Shown here one piece after another: positions 50,982 through 63,543 of a DNA stretch of 64,000 nt. The translations under genes were made by a program, and so were the position numbers. Within the stretch, counting starts at the first letter, position 1. Each line of letters opens with the position of its first letter. A model generated the notes under the pieces. That model ran no database searches. It saw only the letters and a list, made by a program, of their open reading frames with translations, and was not told the DNA's origin. The DNA is taken from IMG/VR virus record IMGVR_UViG_3300031760_004865, positions 1-64,000 of that record. One strand, written 5' to 3'. The DNA is from a virus (lineage: Duplodnaviria > Caudoviricetes).

Positions 50982-52215
50982 AACTGAAAAATTGTTTTGT
51001 GATAGATGTAAAAAAACGATGTCTTCTCGTGAATTTTACAAAACAAACAATCTTATCAAGTATCCGTCCGGTTGGCTCAACAAATGTAAATATTGTATAA
51101 CAGCGCATGTAGATAACTGGGACCCCAACACTTATCTTTGGATACTTGAAGAATTAGATATTCCTTATGTGCCGAAGGAGTGGGATAGCCTTCTTGCCAC
51201 GTTTGGTAAAGACCCAAAGAAGATGACCGGAGTCACTATTATGGGGCGTTATATATCTAAAATGCACTTAAATCAATATAAAGATAAACGCTGGGCCGAC
51301 ACGGAGGTTCTTCGTCGTATTGAAGAAAAAAGAATGCGCGAAGCAATGGCGAAACAAGGATATTCAAGCGCCGAAATAGATGAAGCAGTTGAATCAAATC
51401 CTCAATTAAAACCATTAGACGGCACGCATTTTGAAGAACCAAAAATTATTACTCATTCACCTATGGACGATCTTGCCAATAAAGTTGCCGCGGAGGGGGC
51501 CCCGATCGGTGATGGCTATACTTCGGCAACCTATGATGATTCATCAGACCTCGGCATTGAATTGTCTGATGAAGATATTGTATATTATCGAACAAAATGG
51601 GGCAAATCTTACAAACCTGATGAATGGGTTCAATTAGAGTCTCTCTACCAAAATATGAAAGACTCATATGACGTTTAGGGAGCAGGGCATGAAGATACTC
51701 TTAAACTTGCTTGTAAAACATCGCTTAAATCAAACCAATTATTAGATATTGGCGATATAGATAATGCCAAAAAAATGGTTTCAATGTATGACCAATTAAT
51801 GAAGTCCGGCAATTTCACCGCCGCTCAAAATAAAAAAGAGAAAGGTGAATTCATAGAATCAATCTCAGAACTTGTTGAACTATGTGAACGAGAGGGATTC
51901 ATCCCTCGTTATTACACCGATGGTCCAAAAGATAGAGTAGATGAAACAATCTTGGATCTTAAAAACTACACCAAATCACTTGTAGTTGAAGAAATGAACC
52001 TCGGCAATCTTATTGAAGGAGCAGTTCGTACAATGGTTCAAGAAGAAAATAAAGAAGAAGATGAAGATATTGAAGATGAAGAACTTGACCTTGAAGAAAT
52101 AGAACAAATAAAAGACGAAGATTACAGTGAGTTTGTAGATTTCGTTGAAGATGAATCGGCAAATGATGAAGAAACGATTGCCGAAATCATAAAAAAAGGA
52201 TTAAATAATACATGA
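50974..52215 (+). CDS. Putative terminase small subunit, 413 aa under code 15
   Basis: 50974-51678 and 51775-52215 are in frame across one TAG; immediately upstream of TerL. Confidence 0.55.
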
Positions 52216-53957
52216 GAATAGAAGAAATTCTTAGTATCCAAGAGAAAAGAAATCAAAAGATTGGTCTTTCCGAAGAAAGGGTTCGGGCAATTTTACCGGT
52301 TGCCCGCCAGTATGTTGCCTTTTGGAGAGAATATCCCGATATTTTTGTTGATTGGCTTTTGGAGCAAGGTAATCCTCAAGATTTCAAGTTCTATTTTTAT
52401 CAACGAGTTTTTTTACGAATAGCGATGCGGCATCAATATGTATATGCCGTTTTCCCTCGTGCTTATTCAAAATCTTTCCTTTCAATGATGGTTCTTATGA
52501 TACGTTGTATTCTTTATCCAAAGTGCAAGCTCTTTGTTACTTCTGGAGGTAAAGAGCAGGCAGCGGGTATTATGAAGGAAAAAGTTCAAGAAATATGTAC
52601 TCTTATTCCCGCGTTCAAAAAAGAGATAGATTGGTCGCGTGGCGTTACACTTGAAGGTAAAGATTATTGTAAATATGTTTTTCGTTCTGGTTCATATTTT
52701 GATAATATCGTTGCCCGTGAAACATCAAGAGGTAAGCGTCGCCACGGTGGTGTTATAGAGGAATGTGCCACGGTTGATGGAACTATTCTTTCAGAAGTTA
52801 TTATTCCTACAATGAACGTTTCTCGTTTGTGTATGGATGGTTCAACACATCCAGAGGAACAACTGAATAAATCACAATTATATATTACTACTGCCGGATG
52901 GAAGAATACTTTCCCATATGATAAACTTATTCAGCTTTTGGTTTGGCAAATCATTAAACCAGAAAAATCTATGGTAATAGGCGGAACTTATAGAATTCCA
53001 GTTCTTGTCAAATTACTTGATAAAAACTTTGTCCGCGACCTAAAAATGGACGGCACGTTCAATGAAGCGTCTTTCCAACGTGAATATGAGTCAAAGTGGT
53101 CTGGTTCAGTAGAGAATGCGTTTTTTAGCGAAGAAGCAATTACTCGTAATCGTATTTTAAAACAACCAGAATATGAAGCCTCAGGTCGTGCTTCTAAGTC
53201 ATCTTTTTATATACTTTCAATGGACGTTGGCCGAAAAGGTTGCGATTCTGTTATATGTGTATTTAAAGTTACTCCATAGCCATAGGGAATATCTACTAAA
53301 CAATTAGTAAATATTTATACTATATCTGATGCCCATTTTGAAGAGTAGGCGATTTTTGTTAAAAAATTATTTTATAAATATAAAGCAAAACGCCTTATAG
53401 TTGACGGTAATGGTATGGGTATTGGATTTGTAGATTATTTAGTAAAACCACAAATTGATCCAGATACAAATGAAATCTGGCCTGATTTTGGTGTATATGG
53501 CGGCACACAAGATGATGCCGTTGATGAATATAAAAAATATAGAACTGCTAATTGCGAACAAGATGCTCTTTATATAGTAAAAGCTAATGCTCCTGTTAAT
53601 AATGAAGCACATTCAAACGCTCAATCACAACTTTATTCTGGAAAAGTAAAAATGCTTATTGATGAGCGTGTCGCTAAAGTAAAATTAATGGGAACTAAAA
53701 TGGGGCAAAATATGACGCCAGAAAAAAGGGCAGAATATCTCAAACCATTTACTTTAACTTCCATATTAAAAGAGGAAATGATGAACCTTCGTGAAGAAAA
53801 TGAAGGTGTCAATATTATTTTGAAGCAAGCCAATAAGGGAATAAGAAAAGATAAATTTTCAGCCTTTGAATATGGATTGTATTATATCAAATTGGAAGAA
53901 GATAATAAAAAGAAAAAGAAAAGGTTTAATGCCGCAGATTGGGCATTTTTCAATTAA
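52212..53957 (+). CDS. Terminase large subunit, 581 aa under code 15 (3 TAG)
   Basis: FPRAYSKS Walker A-like, VIEEC Walker B-like, LSMDVGR, VDGNGMGIG, KDKFSAFEY nuclease motifs. Confidence 0.9.
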
Positions 53958-53966
53958 GGAGATATT

Positions 53967-54326
53967 ATGGACGCAAGTAGAGGAGAAATTAAAATTCATG
54001 AAATCCTTGAAGCGTCAGGACTTAATTATGAAATGGAATATTCATTCCCTGGATTAAGAAGTTCTAGCGGTAGGCCGCTTCGTTTTGATTTTGTAGTATT
54101 TGATGATGATCACTTTGTAGATTTTATTATTGAATATCAAGGTAAACAACATTATGAACCAAGTTCAAAATTTGGCGGTAAAAGAGGATTTTATCAACAA
54201 TAGTATAATGATAGATAGAAAAGAAATTTTTGTAGACAACATGAAATAAAATTAATAGAAATACCATATACAGATGAAAATTTGATTACATATGATTATA
54301 TAATGCATTTGGCTGGATATTGTTAA
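53967..54326 (+). CDS. Vsr/DUF559-like (EDxHD-type) endonuclease, 119 aa under code 15
   Basis: LRFDF...IIEYQGKQHY...ND..KRNFC...IKLIEIPY. Confidence 0.75.
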
Positions 54327-54341
54327 AGGAGGTATATTGCT

Positions 54342-55955
54342 GTGAGAGATAGATAGGAAGAACTCCATCTTAAAGGCTTTGATATGATGCGTTCAGGCCG
54401 AATCAATCATACAGGTCCTCTTGAGTATAATGATATAAAAGTTGGCACAAAAATACTTGAAGATGCTGTTTTAGATTTAGGATGGCTAAAAAGGAATTAT
54501 CGTTATTACGGCGATAAACGAATTGTATTCAAAGCAATGGCAGAACGAAATTTGCCGCTGATGCGAGACATTTCAAATTTCTTCTATCGTACAAACGGTA
54601 TATATACAAGAGTTTGTGATTATTTTGCTTTTCTTTATAGGTATGATTGGTATATTGAACCAGAGAAAAAATTTGATAAAACAGTTCAAGACAAAAAGCT
54701 ATTAGGAGATTTTTATAGTATTTTAGACTTTCTTGATAATTCTCATATTAAGAAAGTTTGTGGGGATATTGCTTTAAGTGTTATTATAAATGGCGCTTAT
54801 TATGGATATATATTCCCAAACAAGGATGGTCTAATGATACAAGAGTTGCCGATTAATTATTGCCGCAGTCGTTATAATGTCGGTGATATTCCGGCGGTAG
54901 AATTTAATATGAGATTTTTTGATGAATATTTTAGGGATCCAGAATATCGTTTAAGGATTTTAAAAATGTTCCCAGAAGATTTCCAAAAGGGATATATGTT
55001 ATATAAAAAGGGAAAATTGCCGCCTGACTATATCGGCGACCCAATGGGAAGTTGGTATTTATTAGATCCTCAATCTTCAGTGAAATTCTGTTTTAAGAAT
55101 GGCGATTAGCCGTTATTTATAAACGCTATTCCTACTCTTCTGGATTTAGATGCTTGTCAGGATTTAGATAGAAGAAAATAGATGCAACAATTATTAAAGA
55201 TTTTAATTCAAAAGTTGCCCCTTGATAAGAATGGCGATCTTATATTTGACGTAGATGAAGCTCGTGATATTCATAATAATGCTGTTGAAATGCTTCGTCG
55301 TGCTATTGGAGTTGATGTTTTAACAACTTTTGCTGATGTATCAGTTGAGAATATGGCAGATAAAAATACTTCTTCTACTACTCAAGATGGTTTAGAGAAG
55401 ATTGAAAGAACAGTTTATAATGCATTTGGTGTTTCTAGAAATATTTTCAATACAGATGGAAATTTATCATTGGAAAAATCTATCCTTGATGATGAATCTA
55501 CAATGAGAAGTTTACTGTTATAGTTCAATATGTTTTATGATAAAGTAACCAGTAAATTATCTAAAAATAAGAATTTATATACTTATCATCTATATTTCTT
55601 AGAAACTACTCAATATAATTATAAGGAACTTTCTAAGCAGTATAAAGAAATGGTGCAGTTAGGTCAGTCTATGATGCTTCCACTTGTTGCTCTTGGACAT
55701 TCACAAAGTTCTATTCTTTATGCAGCAATGTTTGAAAAAGATACATTGAAGTTGAATGAGTTGATGATTCCACCACTTATGTCTTCAACAATGAATCCAG
55801 ACGCAATTTTGGGTAAAACAGGATAGACTGCTAATGCTAATTCTCAAAAATCAACAGAAGGAACAAAATCAACTTCGGCTCAAGGTGGGCGACCTGAAAA
55901 AGCTGAAGGTTAGAAATCCGAAAAAACAATTTAGAACAAAGAATCAATGAGTTAA
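54342..55955 (+). CDS. Portal protein, 537 aa under code 15 (7 TAG)
   Basis: Three ORF-track fragments fuse in frame; position after TerL; C-terminal GGRP. Confidence 0.8.
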
Positions 55956-55966
55956 GGAGGCTTGTT

Positions 55967-57526
55967 ATGGCAAAACATACAAGTATAAAAATGACTACTC
56001 CTAGCGAGGCTATCAATATTACTCCTCTTAATCCAATGGTTTCTAAATGTACAATTAAGGTTTGCTATGTTAGTGATAAGCCAAATCGTAATAAGAGTAT
56101 TATCACAAAAGATGTAGCAAAGAAAATCGCTAATAGTTTGCCGGGGAGTCCCATTGTAGGATTTTTCAATGATTATGCTGAAGATTTTGAAGAACATAAT
56201 AAAGCACTTGAAATAAAAAATAATCAATTATATATAAAAGAAATCACAAAGCCTTATGGTTTTGTTGATTTCGGTGCTAAATGTTGGTTTTAGAAATTTT
56301 TAGATGATGGTAAATATGAACGAGAATACCTTATGACTGAAGGTTGGTTATGGACTGGTCAATATCCAGAAGCACAAAGAGTTATTGATAAAGGCAATAA
56401 TCAATCAATGAATTTAAACAATGAATATTTAAACGCTCATTGGTCAAAAGCCAATAATGGAGCACCTAAAATTTTTATTGTAAATGAAGCAGTAATTACA
56501 AATCTTTGTATTTTAGGAGAAAATGAAGAGCCTTGTTTTGAAGGTGCGTAGATTTCAGGTGGCGAATTTTCTCAAGCCGAACCTGTTATTGAGTTTTCAT
56601 TTGATGAATCTTCTTTCCGTAAAGAGATGTATTCTATGATGAAAGAACTTAAATAGTTAAAAGAAATAATTAATAAAGGAGGATCAAAGATGTTCACTAC
56701 TTATGCAGTAGAAATTGGAGATTCTTTATGGACCAACCTTTATAATTATGGTGAAGAAAAATTAGGCGATCAAGTCCTTCATGGGGTTTATAGTGAAGGA
56801 GATCAAACTTTTGCCGTTTTCCATAATGTAGAGGATAATAAGTTTTATCGTTTAAATTTCTCACTTTCTGAAGGAAAAGAATTTAGTGCTGAAGAAGAAG
56901 TAAGTGAACTTGCTGATTTTGCTGAGGAAGCTCAATTTACAGAAGAAGCAGTCGCTGAATTTAAGAAAAAGAAAGAAGAAGATGATAAAAAAGACGAACC
57001 AGAGGACAATTCCGGTAAAGAAGAAAATTCCGGTTCTGATAATAAAAAAGAAGATGGTTCAGAAGAAGATGATGAAGACAAGAAGAAGAAAAAGAAAGCA
57101 GAGTATTCTCTTGATGAAGTTACAGAATATCAGGAACTTCTTACAAACTTCAATAAACTTAATGATGATTATAACCAGCTTAAAGCTGATTATGATACAC
57201 TAACTGCTGAATTAGAGCCTCTTAAGCAGTTCAAACTTGATGCTGAAAGAAAAGAAAAAGAAGCTATGATTGCAGGCTTCTATATGCTTTCAGATGAGGA
57301 TAAGGCTGATGTTGTTAAGAACATTGATACTTATTCATTAGATGATATTGAGGCTAAACTTTCTATTATTTGCGTTCGTAACAAAGTTAGTTTTGCTCTT
57401 GACGAAGAGGATAATGATAAGAAACCAAATATGACATTTAATTTTGATAATGCAGGTTCCGGTTTTGATTCTGATACCCCCGCTTGGGTTAAGGCAGCTA
57501 TGGAAGTTGCGAAAGATATGAATTGA
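55967..57526 (+). CDS. Prohead protease/scaffold, 519 aa under code 15 (3 TAG), internal start at 56690
   Basis: Fragments fuse in frame; QSM and LCILG...PCFEGA motifs; acidic/coiled-coil C-terminus; GGAGG SD before 56690. Confidence 0.75.
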
Positions 57527-57549
57527 TTTTATAAGGAGGAAATAGAAGA

Positions 57550-58380
57550 ATGCTTAGAGATTTTCTGAAAAAGAATATCACAAGCCAGGCCAAGTTCGTT
57601 GAATGGGGCTATGGTCAGGTTGAGCCTAATCATCTTTCTGCTCAAAGAACCTCTCAGGTATATGCTCAATTACCTGCAGATAAGAATATCAATGTTCTTG
57701 AACAGGGACAGTTTGTCAAGTATGATTATGCTAAAGGCTTAGTAGATTTTACAGGTATTGGAGAATGGATGCTCGTATTTAATGAAATTAAACTTTACAG
57801 AGAGCATCAGGATGATTGCGAATTCGCAATGATTAAAGATAATTATCAGGCTCGTATTTATAGCCCATTTGGTGGAGATAAGTATGATGCTAATGGCAAT
57901 AAGTTAGGAAACACTGATCCTTATACTTATGATACAAATTTCAATAAGCAGTCACGTTATTACAATGGTGTTGATTCTGATGGTCATAATTCTATTACTG
58001 TCAATGGTCAGACATATGGTTATGATGATGTAACAGCTGCTCCTGATATGTATGAAATTCATTATAATGAAGATCCATATCATATTGAATCTCAGACACG
58101 TCCACAGTTTATGCCAGAAGGCACAACAATGGTTCCTCGTGTTTTAAAGACAAATATTGGTGATATTTTCACAACTAACACTATTGACGAAGAAACCCTT
58201 GCTATCGGTGACTTACTCAGCCCAAGAGATGCTGATGGTATCCTTATAAAAGTCGCTGGTGCTGATGGTACTGCATCTGAAAACGCTAGTGATGCTTCTT
58301 CTGATATGAGATGGCAAGTTGTTAAAGTTTATACAATGCCAGATCATCAGAAGGGTGTTAAGATTATGCGTGTAGCTTAA
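57550..58380 (+). CDS. Head structural/decoration protein
   Basis: Between scaffold and capsid; no TAG. Confidence 0.6.
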   Translation: MLRDFLKKNITSQAKFVEWGYGQVEPNHLSAQRTSQVYAQLPADKNINVLEQGQFVKYDYAKGLVDFTGIGEWMLVFNEIKLYREHQDDCEFAMIKDNYQARIYSPFGGDKYDANGNKLGNTDPYTYDTNFNKQSRYYNGVDSDGHNSITVNGQTYGYDDVTAAPDMYEIHYNEDPYHIESQTRPQFMPEGTTMVPRVLKTNIGDIFTTNTIDEETLAIGDLLSPRDADGILIKVAGADGTASENASDASSDMRWQVVKVYTMPDHQKGVKIMRVA

Positions 58381-58404
58381 TTCTGAAGGAAGGAGGATAA
58401 TAGA

Positions 58405-59538
58405 ATGTTAGATAGAAAAGATCTCGTAGCTCTTATGAAGACCGTTGCTAAAGCTAATCCTTCCGCTCCAGTAGCCTATAGTTTTGGAGGACAGGATTTA
58501 AGTTATGAAGCACTTAATGAAACTCTTCGTAGAGAGTTAAATGAATTAGCTGGCACTTATGCTTTATATAGAGAAAATAAAAATTTAATCTTCAGTATTA
58601 TTGAAGAGACTCTTGATGAAGTTCTGCCAAAGAAAGTTGTAGAACAATATAATCAGTTCGCAGAAGTTCGTACATTCGCTCAGGGCGATAAGATTCTGTT
58701 TAGACGTAAATTAACATCTAACCAGAGAGCTAAACAGTTCATTACCAGAGTTGGTCTTGCAGGCATCTATGAAGTCTTCAAGCTTGGTAAGAACGAAGAG
58801 GCTTTCGAAGTCCGCACAAGCGCTATCGGTGGAGCTGCTCAGATTGGATTTGAAGAGTTCCTTGATGGCCGTGTTGATTTTGCCGAAGTTACCCGTATCA
58901 TTATGGAAGGTATGGATGAATTAATCTATAAAGAAGTTGGTCAGGCTCTTAAGGCTTCTATCAATCAGCTTCCACCTGCAAACAAAGTTATTGTTACAGG
59001 CTTCGATGAAGATGCTATGGATAGACTTCTTACAATCGCTGCCGCTTATGGCACACCTACTATTTATTGTACATATGAATTTGCTGTCAAGATGATTCCT
59101 CAGGAAGCTTGGAGATATACAGATTCTATGAAAGAGCAACTTTGGAATAACGGCAGACTTCCTAACTATAAGGGACATCAAGTTGTTATTCTTGAGCAAG
59201 GCTTTGAAGATGAAACAAATGAAACTAAGGTAATTGATCCTGGTTATGCTTGGATTATTCCTACTGGCGCTGATGGCAAGCCAGTCAAGATCGCATTTGA
59301 AGGTAACACAATCGTTGATGAATTCAATAACCCTGGTGATCGTTCTCGTGAAATTCAGGTTTATAAGAAAGTCGGCGTCGTTTGCATGCTCGCTAACAAC
59401 ATCTGCGCTTATGTTGATACTTCACTTGTTGGTCAGATGAAGACATGGTTCTTAAATAACAAGAGTATTAAGGATTATACAGGCCAAATCAATTCTGTTG
59501 GTGATGGCAGTTCCGCAGGAACACCTCAGAATCCTTGA
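58405..59538 (+). CDS. Major capsid protein
   Basis: 377 aa, strong SD, position in module, followed by a terminator; no TAG. Confidence 0.8.
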   Translation: MLDRKDLVALMKTVAKANPSAPVAYSFGGQDLSYEALNETLRRELNELAGTYALYRENKNLIFSIIEETLDEVLPKKVVEQYNQFAEVRTFAQGDKILFRRKLTSNQRAKQFITRVGLAGIYEVFKLGKNEEAFEVRTSAIGGAAQIGFEEFLDGRVDFAEVTRIIMEGMDELIYKEVGQALKASINQLPPANKVIVTGFDEDAMDRLLTIAAAYGTPTIYCTYEFAVKMIPQEAWRYTDSMKEQLWNNGRLPNYKGHQVVILEQGFEDETNETKVIDPGYAWIIPTGADGKPVKIAFEGNTIVDEFNNPGDRSREIQVYKKVGVVCMLANNICAYVDTSLVGQMKTWFLNNKSIKDYTGQINSVGDGSSAGTPQNP

Positions 59539-59558
59539 TGATTAAACCTCGTTAAAAT

Positions 59559-59615
59559 TTAATATATATTATGTGGGGGAGAGGGGAGTAAGCTTTCCCT
59601 CTCCCCTATTTTTCA
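59559..59615 (+). terminator. Intrinsic terminator after the capsid gene
   Basis: gggggagagggg...ccctctcccc followed by a T run. Confidence 0.65.
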
Positions 59616-59646
59616 TTTACTAAGAGAAAAAGGAGAAAAATGAAAT

Positions 59647-60219
59647 ATGGCAGAAGTAACAAAATTTTATAATGTAAAAAATAGAAGCGCCGGCGTGGTT
59701 ATTTATCGTATTCCTGAAGATAATATTCGTAGAGAGTTTATGCCTGGTGAGACGAAGGTTATTCCTTTGCCTGAACTTCAAAAACTTTCTTATCAACCCG
59801 GTGGTTAGATGGTAATGAATAATTTCTTACAAATACAAGGAATTGAAGCCCAGTCAACTTTAAATATTTAGGCTGAGTAGGAATATAATTATTCAGAACA
59901 AGATATTATTAGAATTATGAATGAAGGTTCTCTTGATGAGTTTCTTGATATGCTTGATTTTGCCCCAATGGGCGTAATGGATCTTGTTAGACAATTTGCT
60001 ATTTCGCTTCCTTTGAATGATATTCCTAAGAGAAGAGCCTTGAAAGAAAAAACTGGATTTGATGTAAATGCTGCTTTAACACACGTTGAAGAGGAAAAAT
60101 AGGAAGACCTTGAAAATGGTATTGCTGAAACTACCGCTCCTCAAAGACGTGTAAAACCTGCTCCAACAACTGGACGTAGAGTTATCAAAAAAGCCGCAGA
60201 GGTAAAAGTAGAAGAATAA
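59647..60219 (+). CDS. Hypothetical virion/assembly protein, 190 aa under code 15 (4 TAG)
   Basis: AAGGAG SD; continuous frame with TAG as sense. Confidence 0.65.
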
Positions 60220-60231
60220 GGAGGTCTGTAA

Positions 60232-60813
60232 ATGGAAGGAACTTGTTTTTCAGCCATTTATAATCGCTTTCTTGGACAAATTACTGATGATATGTATATG
60301 GAGCTAACACCGGAGGATACTTTAAAAGACCTCCAACGACTCTTGATAAATGCTATCCCAGGCTTTGAATTTCCACGAGTAAATCTTACAGACTATACGA
60401 TTGACGTGATTGAAATGCCAGAAGATGAAGTTCAAGATGATGATTTCGTTATAGGCGTTGTGTGGAATGATTTGCTTGAAGATCCTAATTCAGAAGTTCC
60501 TCATGTTATTGTTGAACGTTCTCGTTTTGCGGCAAATTTAACCGCAGAAGAAATAAATATACTTGCCCTTCTTATGAAGCAAGGTTGGGTTCAACGGCAA
60601 GTTACTTCCATAGAAAATACAAGAATGAAATATACAGGGCCGGATTTTAAAATGACCTCACAAGCAAATCATCTACAAAAGCTACTTTCTCTTTTGGAAG
60701 AATCAAGAAGAGACAGTTTTCATATGTAGAGATTATATAAACGTAGAAAACTCTCAGATGGATTATATTCATCTAATTGGAGTGTATTGAGGTAGAACAG
60801 TGCTCTTGAATAA
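60232..60813 (+). CDS. Putative head-tail adaptor, 193 aa under code 15
   Basis: Position; frame continues FHM[Q]RLYKRR. Confidence 0.55.
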
Positions 60814-61105
60814 ATATGGTCTTGAAATCACTATGGAAGATATAACAAATAATGTGCGTAGATTAACAAATCAACTTTGGAAACTTATTCCAATGAGGGA
60901 ACATGAAGAGGACTGGCAAAAACAATTATAGACTGTTCTATTAGAAATTGTTGGTCTGAACGAATTATTCGTCGGACCACTTTTTTTACCGTTAATTAGT
61001 AAATTAGAAGGTCTTTCTGTTAAAGAAACTGATTTTGATTTTTATAGAAAGACTGTATTTGAATGTATAAATCTTTTACAAGAGGTTGTAAAAAATTATG
61101 CGTAA
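60806..61105 (+). CDS. Hypothetical protein, 99 aa under code 15
   Basis: TTG start, one TAG, coupled to both neighbours. Confidence 0.5.
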
Positions 61106-62189
61106 ATCTAATTTAATTGAAAATGATAGTTTAAGATTGATGATGCCGAGATTGGGAGCTTTTCATTAGAATGAAGATTATAAAAAACCTTAGCCTTATC
61201 ATGAATCATTAAAAGTTGAAAAACAAATTATTGATGGCTTAGAAGATTAGAGTTTAAGATTAAAAGCTAATGGAGGATACACTCAGCAAGAGAGAATGAT
61301 TTTTGATAAAAGAAGATCATTAGATAGATCGTTAAATTATTCATATCAGGCAGCCAACATTAGAAAAGTTGGTAAAGAAAAAGTAGATAGAGCATTAATA
61401 AATCCTGATAAAAATAAATTTGATTATGATGATAAAATAGTATCAGTTCATTATGAAGCAAGCTATGAATCAGGAGATGTTTTTGAATGGTTAGGGACAG
61501 ATACATATTGGATTATTTCTTTATAGGACATTGATGAATTAGCTTATTTTAGGGGCGAAATTAGAAGATGCCGTTATACTATCGCTTGGGAAGATGAAAA
61601 TGGTATTCAATCAACTTACGCGGCAGTAAGAGGTCCAGTAGAAACAAAGATCAATTTTATTCAAAAACATCAAATAAGTGTTGATGAACCTAATTATTCA
61701 TTACATCTATTAATGCCGCTAACCGATGCGATTATAAAATATTTTTAGAGATATTCTAAGTTTTATTTATAGGGATGCTCAGAGGTTGCACCACAAATTT
61801 GTTGGAGGGTTGAGGCCACTGATTGGATTTCTACTCCTGGAATATTCGAATTAACTGCAGTTGAGTATTATTCAAATAAAACAGAAGATGATGTAAATGC
61901 TGGTTTAGTAGGAACTTTAAAGGCAAAACCTGTTGATCCTAATCCAGATGTAGTAAAAGAATTTATTGAAGGTGAGACTTTTATTAAACCTAAAAAAGTT
62001 TATACTTATAAGTTTAATGGTCTTGCTATAGCGAAGTGGAAAGTTCAAAAAGATAGACCTATAAAATATAGTATAGATTAGAAAGATTCTACTATTATTT
62101 ATATTATGTGGGAAGGAACATAGAGTGGTTAGTTTGATATAACTTATGGTAATTTTACTAAAACTATTGTTGTAGAATCTTTGTTTTGA
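61098..62189 (+). CDS. Putative head-closure/neck protein, 363 aa under code 15
   Basis: Continuous frame once multiple TAGs are read through; GDVFEW..T..YWII pattern. Confidence 0.55.
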
Positions 62190-62209
62190 GATAAAGGAGA
62201 ATTGAATAT

Positions 62210-62800
62210 ATGAAAATTGAAAGATATTTTCCACCTAAATCGGCTTTTCTTTCTGTTGAGAAAGATTTAAGTATTATAGTCGATTAGATGATGAAAAATG
62301 ATGGACTAAAGAGATTATTATATTATACTTCTAAAGATGCTCTTACAAGACCAAACTTAACTACTGATTAGTCTCTTGGAATGTTTGGTAAAAATATAAA
62401 AATTGTGCCGAAGTTGTATGTTGATAATGAGGTTTTAAATTATGTTATTATCAATTTTGATAATTTTGTTACAAATGTAAAAAATCCCGAATTTAGAGAT
62501 AATATTGTTGAATTTGATATTGTTTGTCATTTTGATCAATGGCATATGGGAGATTTTATGTTAAGACCTTATAGAATTGCCGCAGAGATTGATTCTACAT
62601 TTAATAAAAAACATTTAACCGGAATTGGCACTTTAGAATTCTTGGGAGCAAATGAAATTATTTTGAATGATGAACTTGGTGGCTTATGTCTAATGTATGA
62701 AGCTATACACGGTGAAGAAGATAAAAAGAATATGCCTACTCCTGAAAGAGAAAAGATTCAAGAAATAGATTGGAAAAATAGAGGGAGTTATTTAACCTAA
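62210..62800 (+). CDS. Putative tail-completion protein, 196 aa under code 15
   Basis: AAGGAG SD; 2 TAG; RPYRIAAEID..FN...LTGIGTLEF. Confidence 0.55.
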
Positions 62801-63519
62801 TGGATATTAGATTAGCATTAATGACTGGTATAGATATTCCTGTACCGGAATGTTAGTTGATATTGCATCAACCTCGTATTGATGAGATAGCTTTTTTAGG
62901 AGAAGAAGATTTTTTTATTGGTTCATAGACTCTTTGTATTAGCAAAAATATGGTCATTGAGGACAAAAAAGCTCTAAGTGAAATAAGCAATTTTCAAGTA
63001 TTTATGACAGTAATGAATGAAAAGACTACCCAAGATAAGAAGCAAGCGGTTGAATCTATTTTTGAATTGATGAATTTGGGTAAAGCGGTATTTACACCTC
63101 GGTCTATAGTTTTTACTGATAAAAATGAAACTCGTATGATTGATGAGAATAATTTTGAGCCTTTTTAGGATATGATAAAAAATATTGTATGTGCTAAAAA
63201 TGGCCCAATGGATTAGCAAGCATTTAATCCATCAGGTGATAAGGCAAGAGAAATTGCTCAGAAACTTATGAGAGGACGGCAAAGAGTTGCCGCTCAAAAA
63301 GGCAATTCTACTGGAAGCGCCTTTAGTCGTTATCTTTCAATTTTATCTATTGCTTTACATATACCTATAACAGAGTTATAGAAATTGACAATGTTTTAGT
63401 TATATGATTTAATGGAAAGATATACATTATATACTAATTGGGATTTGGATATACGCACGCGACTTGCGGGTGGAAAACCAGATTCACATCCTGATGATTG
63501 GATGAAAAATATTCATTAA
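62800..63519 (+). CDS. Hypothetical neck/tail protein, 239 aa under code 15
   Basis: ATG overlaps the previous stop; 6 TAG; continuous frame. Confidence 0.55.
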
Positions 63520-63543
63520 TTATTATAAGGAGGAAAACACACT

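Noticed and set aside
50974-63519. Fragmented structural genes as pseudogenes or sequencing errors
   Set aside because: All breaks are in-frame TAG with no frameshifts, and conserved motifs continue across them
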